A DNA stretch of 64,000 nucleotides from a virus, in the IMG/VR virus record IMGVR_UViG_3300050343_000215, positions 113,687 to 177,686 of that record; one strand, given 5' to 3'. The notes below the pieces were generated by a model, which searched no databases, was not told the DNA's origin, and worked only from the letters and a program-made list of their open reading frames with translations. Below are positions 39,723 to 53,345 of the stretch, piece after piece. Position 1 is the first letter of the stretch, and the number at the start of each line of letters is the position of its first letter. The translations under genes and the position numbers were made by a program.

Positions 39723-42700
39723 TCACCCTCGCCAAGCGAGTCTCAAATAATCACCATCTGCTTGTGCTGATGCTGTTGTTCCTTTAGATCCTCTGACGAC
39801 TGTGAAGTCTTGACCAGAGATTGATGTGTATTCCATAGTTTCATCACCAAATTCCAAATATCCTGCGGGTGGGAAATTTGCCACATTACCTGTTACTGTA
39901 ACGGTAGTAACAGTGTCATTAATGGATCCATTAAGTGTCAAACCATATGCAACATAGGCATCAAGAGGAAGATTAATAATAACCCCACCTGCGGAACCAT
40001 ATGCAACACCTGCATGTGTAGTAAAGTCTCCAATTGTGATATTTGGAGCATAACGTGTCATATGTTCAATAGTAACTCCCGTTCCGAGGTAATTCGCAAG
40101 AGGATCATTAAGTTGTGTGGGTTCAAACTTGAACTTGAGTTGATCAAATGTATTCAGGTTATATGCAAGTCCAGGTTGCGAAATGTCTTTATTAGTTTTA
40201 ACTTGTGTCTCAACATGAGTAGTTCTTTCTGCAGTAATCTGAGAAATCACCAAAGGAAGATCACTATCTTCATCATCTTGATTTACAACACCAAACCCAA
40301 TCGCGGCATGATTATAATCTATACTAGTAATGGTATGATAAGGTCTGGTGAATAAAGGTGTTTGTGGTCTAATAATTTCATACTTTTTAGCAAAAATTAA
40401 CTCAGGAGCTTCAGTATAACCAGATCCACCATTCGTGATTACAACATTGGTAACTTTACCATTAGTAATTTCAGCATACGCTTCTGCACCTGTCCCAGGA
40501 TTGTCACAAGCAACCTTGAATAGAACTTCTGGAGCAACATCATATTCAAGTCCAGAGTTCGTAATTTGAATGCCAGTTACTTGATAATCAAATACAGGGG
40601 GGACACCTTGCGCTGTTGCAATACCCACAGTTCCACTAACACCGATTGTGTTGCCTCCAGAAATAGGAACACCAGTTACCGTTGTATTTGCAACTGCATT
40701 CTTACCACGAACATATGAGTTATCAGTATAAACGAATGCGGTATAGAGTAAATTATCAGTATTCTCAAGTGCTCTTTGATCAATTCTAATAATCTGTTTA
40801 GGAGTTTCTCCATCAATCTTGATAAGATCTCCAGGTTTAATAATATCTCTAGTTAGAGCAGTTTTATTTCTGTATTTGCATCCATCAGGACTGTTCTCAC
40901 CAATATACTGCAGATCTTCATATACATCACCATTCCAGATAGAAATTGTTTTGTCAAAAGTTTTCCCGTAAAAATAGAGACAATGACAACTTTTTCCTGC
41001 CTGAGGTGCTTCAGTGAAAGTAAGAACGTTATCAACAATAGTATATGAAACTCCTTCTGATTGAGGAACACCATCAAGCAATACTAAAATTTGGTGTACA
41101 TCAGGAGGGATAATGTTATCAGCACCAAACTGCAATTCAACAGATTTTCTACCACCATCTAAAAGATGTGAGAAGTTGTTTATAATTTTATATTTACTAA
41201 AAGTATATCCAAAGAAATGCCTTTCTCTTTGAAATGCATCAGTAAATACAATTTGATTTGGATTTACTGATCTATCAATTGTATAAGATTCTCCATAAAT
41301 CTGCATTACTCCATCAACAAAAATTAGAAGATTTTCATCTGCTTCTGTTACAACATTAGATCCATTTTTCCTAAAAAGATCATATCTTTTGGATGTGCCA
41401 TCAAAGAGAATATCTTTGAGTTTATAGGAATACCTAGCATCATCAGCACCATCAACAAATTTGAAAAATGTTGAATAAAAAGTAGTTCCTTCTTTTGGTT
41501 TTTCGTAGAATGTTATATCAGAATTTAGATACTTATATTGACCTTCAACATAAAGAGCATTAGTAATATCGGCAGAATCAAGAGTTCCAGATGTTGTAAG
41601 GAAGTCAGGAAGGATAGTAAAGTCTTTATTATATAATTGGTTTGTGATGGCAAGTTTTGCCAGATCTCGCGCTTTATTAAATGCAGTTGTAGATTCTGCG
41701 ACTTCACCTGCAATACCATTAGTAAGTAAAGAATTACCATCAATATAACGCTCTGTGGCACCAAGAATGTTGGAGTTACCACCAGATCTCATATCAGCAA
41801 TAATGGCATCAACAATAATTCCAAGATCTCGCTTACACTTACCTTCTCCGAAAGAAGGAACTCGCATAGACTCAATTGGTAGTGCTAATGGTGATACTAA
41901 CGATCCTTGATTGAGATACAACGTCACAATGCTGACAAGGTTGTCAATATTGCTCTGAACATCAGCACAAGCACCATTACTACTATTTGTAATAGGAGCA
42001 TTCACCACAGGTCTTACAATGGCATCGGTTGCTGCTCTGATAAAAGTATGTGAATACTCACTACCTGAAATAACCACAACTTGATTCAATGCACTAGCAG
42101 TAGCACTTACAAATGTATGAGTGTAATTGCCACCAGATATAACAGCTCCAGTTGTTGCGGAAACAAATGTATGTGGATCAGTATTTGTGGAAGGGACAGT
42201 TGTTAATACTTGGAGAGTAATTGTAGTTGCAGTTACTGACTCAATATTAATTGCAGTATCATAGAATGGATCATTACCATTAGATCTAGGATATGTCTTT
42301 TCTGCAGCAGCACCAGTAGCACCACCAAATCCACAACTAAATGTTAGTGAGTTGGGTGCTAATTTAATACTTGTGCCAGCAGTTAAACTATGAGAACCAA
42401 TTTCAAGAACCATCAATCCTGTGCTAGGATCGTATGTTGTTCCTGTAGTTGGAGTGAATGTTACAAGTGGAGATGCTCCAATGTTTACAGTAAGTTGATC
42501 ATTGGTTGCAGAAATGACATTGAGTCGTTTATTAGAAGCAGGATCAGTTGATCTTGGATATGTTTTATTGGATGTATTTCCATCCATTAAGCAACTGAAT
42601 GTAAGACTCCCATCTCCAATGATAATACCATCTCCTGCGGTAAATCCATGATTAGCTGATGTAATACCTAAAATTCCAGTGGTAGCATCATAGGTCGCAT

Positions 42701-45700
42701 CAGTTACTGTGTAAAGTCTTGGGACATATGTATGAACTGAGGTATCAGTAGAGCCACCAACATTAATTGTGATAGTAGTTGCAGTCTTTGTGACAATAGG
42801 TACTGCTGTGTCAAAGGTCTTATCTTTTTTCTTTTTGATACCATATAATGTAGAGCGAACAAAAGTATGATTGGAAGTGTCAGAAGAAACTCCAACTTTT
42901 ACCTTGAATGAATCATAATAAACATCATAAATTGCAATCCACTTCCCACTAACAGGATCAGATGAACGAGGATAAGTATGTTCAGTTTGATCTCCATCTC
43001 TGGCACATGTAAATACCAAAGAATCATCATCAAATTTGATGAAATCTCCTTTCTCCCATCCATGATTTTCAACAGTAACTGTAAGAACTCCGTCTGAAGG
43101 ATTATAGACAGCATTGCTTACAGTTTCAGTAAGAATAGTTGTCTTAGGATATGAATGCTCAGTCTGATCATTATCTAAGGAACATGTGAATGTAATTGAT
43201 TCTGGTTCAATCTTAACACTTGTACCTGCTCCTTAACGAGTGGTTGCTCCAATAGTTAACTCAACATCTCCTGATACGGGATCATAATCAGCATCACTAA
43301 TAGTAAAAGTTTTTTCTGGACTTGCTCCTACAGTAATATCAAACGTATCTGTAGTAACATTAGAAACTGCTAAAGATTGCTCATGGTTTCCATCAGCAAG
43401 TCTTGGATATGATTTTTCTGCAACATTACCATCCATTCCACAATTAAATGTTAATCCGTTTGACTTGATTACAACATCATCTCCATTATTAAGACCATGA
43501 TTGGCAAGTGTTACTTGAGCAAGACCTGTTACAGCGTTATAAGTGACATTTGTTGGTGTTCCTACCGCAGTACCCCAATAATTTGCATTAGCAGCAGTAA
43601 TTGTAAGATCCTTTTCCAGCAACTGATTAACAATTGCCTGCTTCATAAGATCTCTGACCTTATTGAATGCAGTGACAGACTGAAGAATCTCGCCATCAAG
43701 ACCATTAGTAATAAATGTTGTTCCAGAAACGTTAAAGTATTGCTTGAGGAACTTACGAGCATAGACATTACCACCTGTGTGGATGTCTAATGCCATAGCA
43801 TCAACAAATAATCCAATATCACGCTTACACTTTGCTTCTCCAATTCTGTCAGATCCGATAGTTTCTACTGGAAGACCAGTAATAGATCCTGCTGTAATAG
43901 CATCATTTACAATACCAGCAAGAACTGTAATAGCAGATGTTACGTTAGCACATAAAGGAGCACCAAGAGGATCGGGAGTGATTGTAGTATCAGTAATTGT
44001 AAGTTGATTAGTAAACGCAAGGATCATATTATCCTTAGCGGCAGTAAATCCATCAACTGATGCTAATTCCTCACCAAGTAATCCATTCGTAAGAGGATTT
44101 CCAGCACCGTCAAAATACTGTAATGCAAATTTACGCGCATACTCGTTACCACCATTAACGAGGTCAAGTGAAGTATAATCAATAAACAATCCGATATCAC
44201 GCTTACACTTAGTTTCTACAGCAGCATCTGCAGGATTTGATCCACCCTGCATAGTTGTCCAAGCATTATCAATGATCTCAGTTCTATTTTGCTGAATGAG
44301 TCTGTAAGCGTCCTTGAAGCGATAATCACTTGCAGTAGTAGGATCTAACGGATAAACAAAATCAGGATAGTCTACGGCGATCTGAGCAGCACCTCTGTCA
44401 ACTAATTCCTTACGGTTGATCATAATTAAACGATAAGCATCTCTGTATCTGCTATATCCATTAGTCTCAGGATCATTAGGATAGAAGAAATCAGGATACT
44501 GTAGAGAAATTTCAGCATTTGCTCTATCAATAATCTCAAATTTATTCGCATTAATTAAGTTAGCACCATCTCTATGTCTATTTGCACTAACTGGTCCTTT
44601 AGTTGGATCAGTCCAAATACCACCATTTTTAACAGGTCTTGTTAGAGATGGATTTGCAGTATAATATGTTAAAATTGTTGTTAGGTTATCAATCGTTGAT
44701 TGAACATCAGCACAAACTGCTGGATTATTATTAGTTAATGTTCCATTTGGATTATTAATAGTTGATCTGAAACTGTTGGATGATGGAACATCATAAATTT
44801 CAAATTTATCATTAAAGTTTATGTTCGCAACAGAATTTACCACACCAGAAATATGAAGATACTTTTGATCGGGATAAGTCGTTCCAGATACAGTAACTGC
44901 TAATCCATGGTCACCATCAGTAGTAACAGTCATCATACCAGCGTCATATGAAATGCCAGTGATATTTTGTGTTTGATATGGTTCTTGGAATATCTCATTC
45001 AAAGAAACCATGACAGATGTATTTGAAGTATCTGTCGGAAAATTGCCATCATTTGTAGATAATGCAAATACAGATCTAGCCCCATCAAAACTAGCAGAAA
45101 TATCTGCCATTTTAATAGATTCAATCTGATTATCTAAGAAATTAAGTCTTGCTGAACCTGATCCCCCGTAAGATTTGAGATTAGCAGTTTTTATTGTTGA
45201 AAGTTCATACTTTTTAAATACAATGTCTGATTCAACACTGATATTTGGAAGTTCAATAATAACTTCGTTCGCATGTGGGTCATTGGCAAGACCAATACTA
45301 AATGGTCTTCCAGTTACTGTGTCTTCAAAATCTACATCATTTTCAACTGCGACCTCGCCAAACAATTTAAATCCAAGTGGATGAGTCGTTTCATCTACAT
45401 ATTGCTTATAATCATTTAAACTTCTTGTGCTTCTGATAACATAAGAGAAATCTTGGAAATAGTTACTATCAGTAATTTTTTGAGAGGACGAACTAATCTT
45501 ACCAAGATCAGAATCATAGAAACCAACTTTGCCAATAAAAGATTTAACTAATCCAACAACATCTGGATTAGTTACATATGTAACTGTAGATGTATACTGA
45601 TTAATTTGACCAGTTAATACATCATTTATTTCTAATTCTCCTTTGACAACAACAAGATTAAGTAAATAAATTTGGTTTCCAATTAATCTAATCTCATCAA

Positions 45701-48700
45701 TTTTAGCCTCAAATCCACCAGATGTTGATACAACTTCTGATAACTTATAAGTATTGCTTCCTAAACCTTTGATGATAACTTTTTTGTTGAATAAAAGTGA
45801 TTTACTAAGAGTTCTGTCAGAAGTAAATTGACTTCCATTATTGCTGAACCGAACAGTCTTAACTTTACCAATGTTACTACCTTCAGCATAAATTTTCGCA
45901 TTAGTATCTACTGCAGTAATAGTATCACTATCTGCATAACCATTTCCAGGATTGTCTACTGTTACTGAAACAATTCTTTCATTGAGAATAACTGGTGTTA
46001 ATTTTGCACCAGATCCAGTAGTAGTGTTTATGAATATTTTAGTTGATGAAGAATATCTAGATCCATTAGACAATACAGTGACATCAGAAATAGAACCACT
46101 AACCAAAGTCAAACTAGACCTAAAATCATCTAACAAACTGTGTGTAATTCCCTCAACTTTAGGAAGTTTTTTATACCCCTCACCACCATCAATTACTGAA
46201 ATAGTTGAGATTTGTCCAGTTGAAGTCAATGATGTTGTTTTATATGAAACTAAATTTAACCATTCGCTTACTTCTGGTTGGAATGGAGCAGGGAATTGAA
46301 ATTTAGTGGAGTCAATAATATTAATTTTTTGTGTTCCTGCAGGTGATACAAGAAGATCAAAGTATTTGTTATTATTAAGAACTCCAGCTTTTTCATCATA
46401 GTAATATACCCTTGATACGTTAGTATCCAACAGAGCTACTTTTTCAATGGTTGCTGTAGCACCTGGAGTTCCTGGTGTTCCAACATATATGACATTTGCT
46501 AATGTGTTGACATTAGAAGAGTCTTCAGAAAAAATTAGATTGTGATTCAGGTTAGATCCATCACTAAGGTCAAATACATATCTACTTCCTCTGATAAATC
46601 TAAACTGAAAATCTCTCACATAATAATTTCCTGTTCCTGTAGGATCAATTTCCCAATATACACTTTTTCCTGTTACACTAGCAATATCTATTTGCTTGCC
46701 AGTTGGTGTTGATGTATCAGTAATATTAATAGCATCTGTAATAGTTCCTGACGTTACTCTTACATCAATTGTTGAATTTTCTTTATTAATTTGATAAATT
46801 ACACTAGCAACACCTGGACTAGTAATTGCATCACCGACAGCAATTCTATAATCTGGTTGATCATCTGGAATATGTAAAGTTACAGTATTTGTTGTGGCAT
46901 GTAATCTCAAAGGAGTTGAGAATTGATTTCTATCAACCGTAAGTTGACCAGAATTTACATCAATTGCTGTAATTTTTAAAATTTCATCATTAATTTTAAT
47001 ATAATCGTTTTCTCTAAAAGATGCAGCATCTACAGTAACAATATTTAAATTTGTGGCATTAAAAGCAACATCAGCAACTAAAGATGTCGTGACTGATGGT
47101 TTGTTGTAAGTAATTGTCTGATAGTCCGAGACCCTTACTTTTAAATTTTTGGTAATATTGACATTTTCTAAATCTAATGATATAGTTACTATATCATCCT
47201 CGGAGAGACCATGTGGTTCAGAGGTTTCGGCAATAACATCATATTTGGTATTTACATATTGAGGAGCACTAATTTCAGAAGGCCACGGGGCATTAGGAAT
47301 TCCATTTGTTGACGGAATGGTAGATCCCGAAGCAACTTGATATGATACTTTAGGAACATTTTTTCCATTTACTTCTAGAACTCTTCCAAATAGTCTAGAT
47401 CCTTCTGTATCGGTATTATCAATGTATAAGAAATCATTATTTTTAAAAGTATTTCCAGATTCAGTTACAGCAAATGAATCTACAGATCCTCTCTCAACAC
47501 TCCCGACTGATAAAGATGCATCAAATCCTTTGGAAGGTGTATTTGCTGTCCTAATCCTTCTTGCTGTTGTAGGGATATTAGAATCATTACTTTGATCAAA
47601 TTCAATATCATAATTATTTTCAGCAGGAACTGATTGGAAACTTCTTCCAAGAATATATGGATAAACACCAGATCCAAAGTTATTTACAGTCAAGAAGTAG
47701 CAATATCTACCTTCAGGGTACTCTGGTGTCTTACAGAAACGACCATTATTAAAATCTAATGATCCATTTCCCTGGACAAAATCATAATCTTCAACAAAAG
47801 CACCAATGGGATATTTTGCCGTACTTGGTCTAGTTGATGGAATAGAAGATTTTAGTGCATATGAAGATGTTTGTCTCACAATACTGCTAGTTTCATCTAC
47901 AGCATTAACATACCCATAAGGACCGTAAATAGGATTCCCATCGTATGCCCAACCTAAAATAGGTGAATGAACAAATCCCGAAGTTTTTTCTGCATAGTTA
48001 GCATTAACTCCGAAAACATTATCTCCTAACGCATTTCTTAAAATTTTTGGATTTTGTGGATATCCATATTGCAATGCATATGCAGCATTTCTACTAGAGT
48101 ATAAGTATCCATTTCCAGTATCAGATTTTACTTGTGTTACCGGAATCCAATTTTCATTAACATCTGGGGAATATTTTGTCTTAAATACTCTGTCAAAAGA
48201 CCATTTTTTAACATTTGCTGTAGCAAAAACTCCAGATCCTTTAGATATAATTCTTATTTGAATTGTGTTTACATCTGAATAGTCAGTACCACCATTAAGA
48301 ACAACAATTCCAGTAACTTGATTATTTGTTACCTCAGCAATAGCAAATGCACCTTTACCCCTTCCAGAAGTATCAGTAATCTCTACATTTGGAATTGCAA
48401 CATAGTCTTGCCCACCATTGGCAACTGTAATAGTTTTAATTTCACCTTTTGAAAGATGAGCATCTTGAGTAACTGATGCTGTTGCATTAAAACCATAGGT
48501 TACTTCAAGTTCATGATCTGAGGTATAATCTGTTCCACCATCAACTACAGAAATACCTGTGACTCTACCATCTACAATGTCTGCGTTGAAAGTAGCTCCA
48601 TTTCCAGTAGCATTCTTTATTCTGAAAATTGGTTGAATGTCCTCCTCAAACCCAAATCCAGTTTGAGCAATACTTACACTATCAATTGATCCAAAAGGAA

Positions 48701-50321
48701 CTTCTTCATAGTCTTGAGCACTAAATGCCTCAACACCATTAATGAATAAACCAACAGGTCTATTTCCAACAATCTGGACTTGTGTATTTTTTTCTTGTAC
48801 TAATGGAAATGATTTAAGAATATTTTGATTTCTTATATCAAAACCAGCTCCAACAAAGTTACCAATTGGATGTGCAGGAAGTCCTGCACTAGTCACATAA
48901 GCATAATTTAGATCTTTAAAAACAGCAAAAATTTCTGTAGGAATGTTTTTTACTGCATTATTAATCTGAACGTCGGCACTAGACGAACGATTTCCAACCT
49001 CATTTAGTCTCCAACTAGTAAATTGTTGTCTGGAATCTGCAGCACCATCTGCAGATAGTTTAATTTTTTCACCTTCTTCAAAATAATTTGATCCATCATT
49101 AATTCCTACCTCAGAAAGAACTCCGAGGACTCTCATTCTTATCTGATCCTCTAACGCAGTTTTTCCTGGAGCATATCCAAAAATAAACTCAGTAGTACGA
49201 ATTTGCTGACCATTTGAATGTGATACAGCATTAGTTCCATATACTCCTCTACCACAATCAATAAACTGATTAAAAGTTTTAGTTCTATATGTAATAAACT
49301 CACCATCAATCTCAATTACACCATTTAATTTGGGAAAACTGAGAGTGCTATCAACAGTAATTACTGTATCCGTATCAGAAATATCATTTCTAAGGATAGA
49401 TTCTTGCGGAATAGAAAATGGTTGTGAATCTAATACATTTAATCTAACTTCATAGATATTTTTAGAACCAGAAGCATAGTTTGAAATATTATTGATCAAT
49501 AGATCATCAATGATAGCAGTTGCCTGAATAACACCAGTAGCATTACTCTGTCTAATTTGAGCACCAACTAAACTATAGGGGTCTCCTTGAATTGTTTCAA
49601 CTTTGATAATATCATCAACAGTAAAATCAGAGAATGAAGCTTTGATAACTCTATCTTTCGGATACCTTACTGTAATTTCTTCATCAAATAATGCTCTGAA
49701 CAGAAATTGAATAGAAAGATCTGTTCCTTTATAACTATAAAAATCTTTAATATTTCTGATTAATGTATCTTTACCAATTTCGTCAGAAATATTTTCATGA
49801 GGAAATCCAGCAAGATATTGCTTTTCGTAGTTTTTTAAAACGAAAAACAGAATTAAATTTGAGTAATTTGTTACTACAGCATCTACTGCATGATCTTGAG
49901 CAATACTTGTTTCAACAGTAGTATTGAGTGAATTAAATTCTGTAGTAGCACTAAACCCTCTTTCACAATCAATTAAAGTTTTATTGGAAATATCTACAGT
50001 TCTGTAGTAAATAAGTTCACTACCAATTCCAATAATACCCCCATCAGTAGAAAGTCCATCAATTTTATCTACTACAATAGAAGTAGCAGTAGAATCAATT
50101 GCAGTCTGCAATTTATAAGTTTTAACTAGGTTAAATTTTCTTAAATTATCAACATTAGTATACTCTAAGAAATTATTCTGAACATCTAAAATTCCACCAG
50201 ATATTTCTAATGATTTGTAATACTCTTCAAAGAATTTTACAAAAGTAGGAAACTCATCAACAATAAAACTTGGTAGTTGTTGATCTACTAAGTCTGAGAT
50301 AGTTAATTTGTTGAAATTCAT
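39723..50321 (-). CDS. gp7: Baseplate wedge initiator, about 3530 aa, interrupted by an in-frame TAA at 43233-43235
   Basis: N-terminal QQLPSFI.DEFP.FV.F.EEYY, IKDFYSYKGT..SI.FLFR.LF, HSPILGWAYDGNPIYGPYGY and YFQDFSYVIRS..HPLGFKLFGE motifs; lies between gp6 and gp8; both ORF pieces are in the same frame (43232-43019=213 nt, open). Confidence 0.85.
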
Positions 50322-50322
50322 T

Positions 50323-52176
50323 TTACGCTACTTCTTTGAATATTGAGAAAGTACTATCTTGTAGTTCAAGGTTTAAATAAACCTCTCGGACTGCAGTGAT
50401 GTCATCATTTCGTGGTACTGCAGTAATGAAAATATTATTGTCTGCATCAGTACCACTAATAATCTGAAGTGAATTTATAATCACTTTTCCTTCGTCATAA
50501 TTGACATTACCAACATCATCAATCAAGACTACCTTATCTGCAGTAATAGGATCAATACTATATATTCTTATTGTTCCGTCCTCTATATTTTCAAAATATG
50601 CATCAACGTTCTCATACCCACTAATTCTAAATTTAGTGCTAGTAATCGTCGGTGTACCATCACAAAATTTTGCAAATGGATTTACATAGCACAAAAGATA
50701 TTGAGCTTTAGTATTAATTGCGGGAACTAATTTTTTTCTAAGACGAAACTCAGTATTATTGCCAGTAATAGATTCTTGAGCAGAATCAATTACTGTAGTA
50801 ACTTTACTTTTCCTAATAAGACCGCCAAACTTACTAAGATCTGCAGATTCATCATATTGAGTAAGATTATCAATAACTAAATTTCTAAGTTGCTCTGCAG
50901 TTAAATTTGTTTGAGTTTGGTTATAAAAAAGTTTAGATACTATTAAAACCTCAACAATAGAGGGGTCAACAATGATAGGAGTTACTGAAGCAACAGTAAA
51001 TTTCTTTAATTTTGTTAAAATATCATTTTTTGTTGAATTACTCAAAATATCACTATATTTTGGTTTGATCGCAATTTTTACACGACCATATTCAGGTGGT
51101 TCTTCAGTTTCTCCACCATATACAATAATATCTGCAATTGCAGAATAAAGGTTTTGTGTAATTATTTTATAATCTTCTAGTGTTACTGCTCTATTTTGTG
51201 CAGAATAGAATTTTGGGGCATTTGCTTTAATCAAGTCATCAGACTCAATGCTATCGCCACCAGTACTGCCAGATTTTACACTAACTCCAATTCCTGTTAA
51301 AATACGAGAACTTTCTTCATCATAAATTTCCCCAGAAAATACAAAATTCTTAATATCATTACCAGTTTCACCAGATGATGTTAAGTACGAAACTTCAATT
51401 ACCTGACCATCCTTCAAACCTTTTCCAAGAACACCATCACCAAAAATTAATTCATATCTACTATCATCAATCTCCTGCACAAAGAAAACGGGATCATTTG
51501 CAGTTGTATCTAAAATATTAGATACTTTTTCAAAAATTTCTTTATTAGATGAATTTGCATTTTCTCTTGCTGATACTCTAATTGTTTCAGTATCAATATT
51601 TGCCGTTGGAATTACAAATTTTTGATTTGGGATTGTATTATCCACAACAAATGTAAATGTTAAGTAAACGCCCTCGGTAATATCCAAATTACGAGCATCA
51701 CTTCTATTACTAATGTAACAAATATTGTTGATAACCGGACTTACAGCGTCTTCTAGTATTGCAAATTGAAAGGTTTCTGATCTAGCATCTGGATTTGATG
51801 CAATAAAACTGTTTCCTTTCTTTAATGTAAGAAATCTAGGCACCAGTCTTTGGTCAATTGCAGCGACTGAGCTAAAGTCAATTTTTAACTCTAAAACAGC
51901 AGTAGATGAAGTTCTAGATTTTGCAGTATACCCCAACTGCTTCGCAATTCTTACAATATTGTCCCTTAAGGACGCCGACGACAAGAAATTTTCATTAACT
52001 GCCATCGTTGTATTGAAAGCAGTATAATAAGTATTATATGCTAAGAGGTCAACAACTGATGACAGAGTTGACCCTTCAAAATCATAATCGGTAAAAGCAG
52101 TATTACGCCTCAAGTATTCAACCAGAGCAGATCTGATATCAGCGTAATCTAGAGAACTAACTTGTGCAAATGCCAT
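50323..52176 (-). CDS. gp6: Baseplate wedge subunit
   Basis: LDYADIR...FTDYDFEGS.LS..VDLLAYNTYY, FGDGVLG, APKFYSAQNRAVT.EDY, PPEYGRVKIAIKP. Confidence 0.96.
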   Translation of the reverse strand: MAFAQVSSLDYADIRSALVEYLRRNTAFTDYDFEGSTLSSVVDLLAYNTYYTAFNTTMAVNENFLSSASLRDNIVRIAKQLGYTAKSRTSSTAVLELKIDFSSVAAIDQRLVPRFLTLKKGNSFIASNPDARSETFQFAILEDAVSPVINNICYISNRSDARNLDITEGVYLTFTFVVDNTIPNQKFVIPTANIDTETIRVSARENANSSNKEIFEKVSNILDTTANDPVFFVQEIDDSRYELIFGDGVLGKGLKDGQVIEVSYLTSSGETGNDIKNFVFSGEIYDEESSRILTGIGVSVKSGSTGGDSIESDDLIKANAPKFYSAQNRAVTLEDYKIITQNLYSAIADIIVYGGETEEPPEYGRVKIAIKPKYSDILSNSTKNDILTKLKKFTVASVTPIIVDPSIVEVLIVSKLFYNQTQTNLTAEQLRNLVIDNLTQYDESADLSKFGGLIRKSKVTTVIDSAQESITGNNTEFRLRKKLVPAINTKAQYLLCYVNPFAKFCDGTPTITSTKFRISGYENVDAYFENIEDGTIRIYSIDPITADKVVLIDDVGNVNYDEGKVIINSLQIISGTDADNNIFITAVPRNDDITAVREVYLNLELQDSTFSIFKEVA

Positions 52177-52179
52177 TGA

Positions 52180-52584
52180 TTATATCTTTGATGAGGAAGT
52201 TAACGATAATGTAGTACTGAATATTTGTGCCGAAGTGTCTGGAATAATATAATCAATTTGTATATCATAAGTATATTCCGCTTCATTCAAATCCACTAAC
52301 ACTTCTATTAAGTTAACTCTTGGTTCATATGTAGAGATTAAGTTTGACACTTCATCTTTAAGTGAACCAGCGGTAGCAAAATCAAAAGGTTCAAATAACA
52401 AATCAGGAATTCCACTACCAAATGTTGCATCAAAAAATTTTTCACCCTTTCTGTACGAAAATAAGTTAAGGAGAGATCTCTTAATAGCATTCTCATCTTT
52501 GAGAATATTGAGATCTTTCTTCAACGGGTTAATTTTGAATGTAAAACTCAGGTCCTTATAGGATCTTGACGGATTTAACGCCAT
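52180..52584 (-). CDS. gp25: Baseplate wedge subunit (gp25/GPW family)
   Basis: YKDLSFTF..NP..KD...LKDENAIKRSL.NL...KGEK.F...FGS and YEPRV motifs. Confidence 0.94.
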   Translation of the reverse strand: MALNPSRSYKDLSFTFKINPLKKDLNILKDENAIKRSLLNLFSYRKGEKFFDATFGSGIPDLLFEPFDFATAGSLKDEVSNLISTYEPRVNLIEVLVDLNEAEYTYDIQIDYIIPDTSAQIFSTTLSLTSSSKI

Positions 52585-52604
52585 TTGATAGTAGATTTTT
52601 CAAT

Positions 52605-52612
52605 TATTTATA
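52605..52612 (-). promoter_or_regulatory. T4 late promoter TATAAATA for gp25-gp6-gp7
   Basis: Perfect consensus 21 nt upstream of the gp25 ATG. Confidence 0.8.
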
Positions 52613-52621
52613 GTGGTTATT

Positions 52622-53218
52622 TCAACCTAAAGATAAATTGAATGCTATTGAGATTCTATTCTCGGAATTATTGTTAATATTTACTTTATGCAACATGTCT
52701 GAAGGGAAAAAAACCATTTCTCCAGAAACTGCAGTTAAGTCCCATCCAACAGTATATCTATACTGTTCTCTTACTGAGTCAGTTACCTTACTAAGCCATT
52801 TAAAATTAGAATATGCGGAATTATTAATAACAGTTAAATCTCCAGACTCGGGAGGAGCATCTATCCAAAAAACACCAGCAATATCGCAATCTGGATGAAT
52901 ATGACATTCATTAAAAGAATCTTTAGCATTGACATTAATCCAAGCACCTTTTAATAAAAGTTTATAACCTGGATTGAAAACATTGGATAATGCTTTCTTT
53001 GAGTGCTGCATCACAAATCTTGCATACTTAGAAAATTCTGATTTTTCAAAAGTATATACATCAGACTGCCATCCTCCAACATTTGATTTTTTGACACCCT
53101 CATTTCGCTCCATCTCACAATAAATTGCTTTAATTAAGGGTTCTTTTATACCATCAAATTCAGGTTTAGTATCATGTTTTACAATTAGTGACGGAAAAAT
53201 TGATATAACCTCAGTCAT
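52622..53218 (-). CDS. Putative 2OG-Fe(II) oxygenase (TIGR02466-like)
   Basis: SNVGGWQS, AWINVN...NECHIHP..IAGVFWI, MVFFPSDMLHKV..N....RISIAFN. Confidence 0.88.
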   Translation of the reverse strand: MTEVISIFPSLIVKHDTKPEFDGIKEPLIKAIYCEMERNEGVKKSNVGGWQSDVYTFEKSEFSKYARFVMQHSKKALSNVFNPGYKLLLKGAWINVNAKDSFNECHIHPDCDIAGVFWIDAPPESGDLTVINNSAYSNFKWLSKVTDSVREQYRYTVGWDLTAVSGEMVFFPSDMLHKVNINNNSENRISIAFNLSLG

Positions 53219-53345
53219 CTACCTTTTTACGGTCATTTCCCTTTTCTTTTACTTTTTTAAGGAGTCTATCGGACTCAATTTGAGTAATTAGAGTCATCCC
53301 AGACTTAATAAAGTCTTTACTTCGGTCAGTCGGTGAGTTTCCCAT
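53211..53345 (-). CDS. Small hypothetical protein (44 aa)
   Basis: Hand translation MGNSPTDRSKDFIKSGMTLITQIESDRLLKKVKEKGNDRKKVDD*; overlaps both neighbours. Confidence 0.6.
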   Translation of the reverse strand: MGNSPTDRSKDFIKSGMTLITQIESDRLLKKVKEKGNDRKKVDD

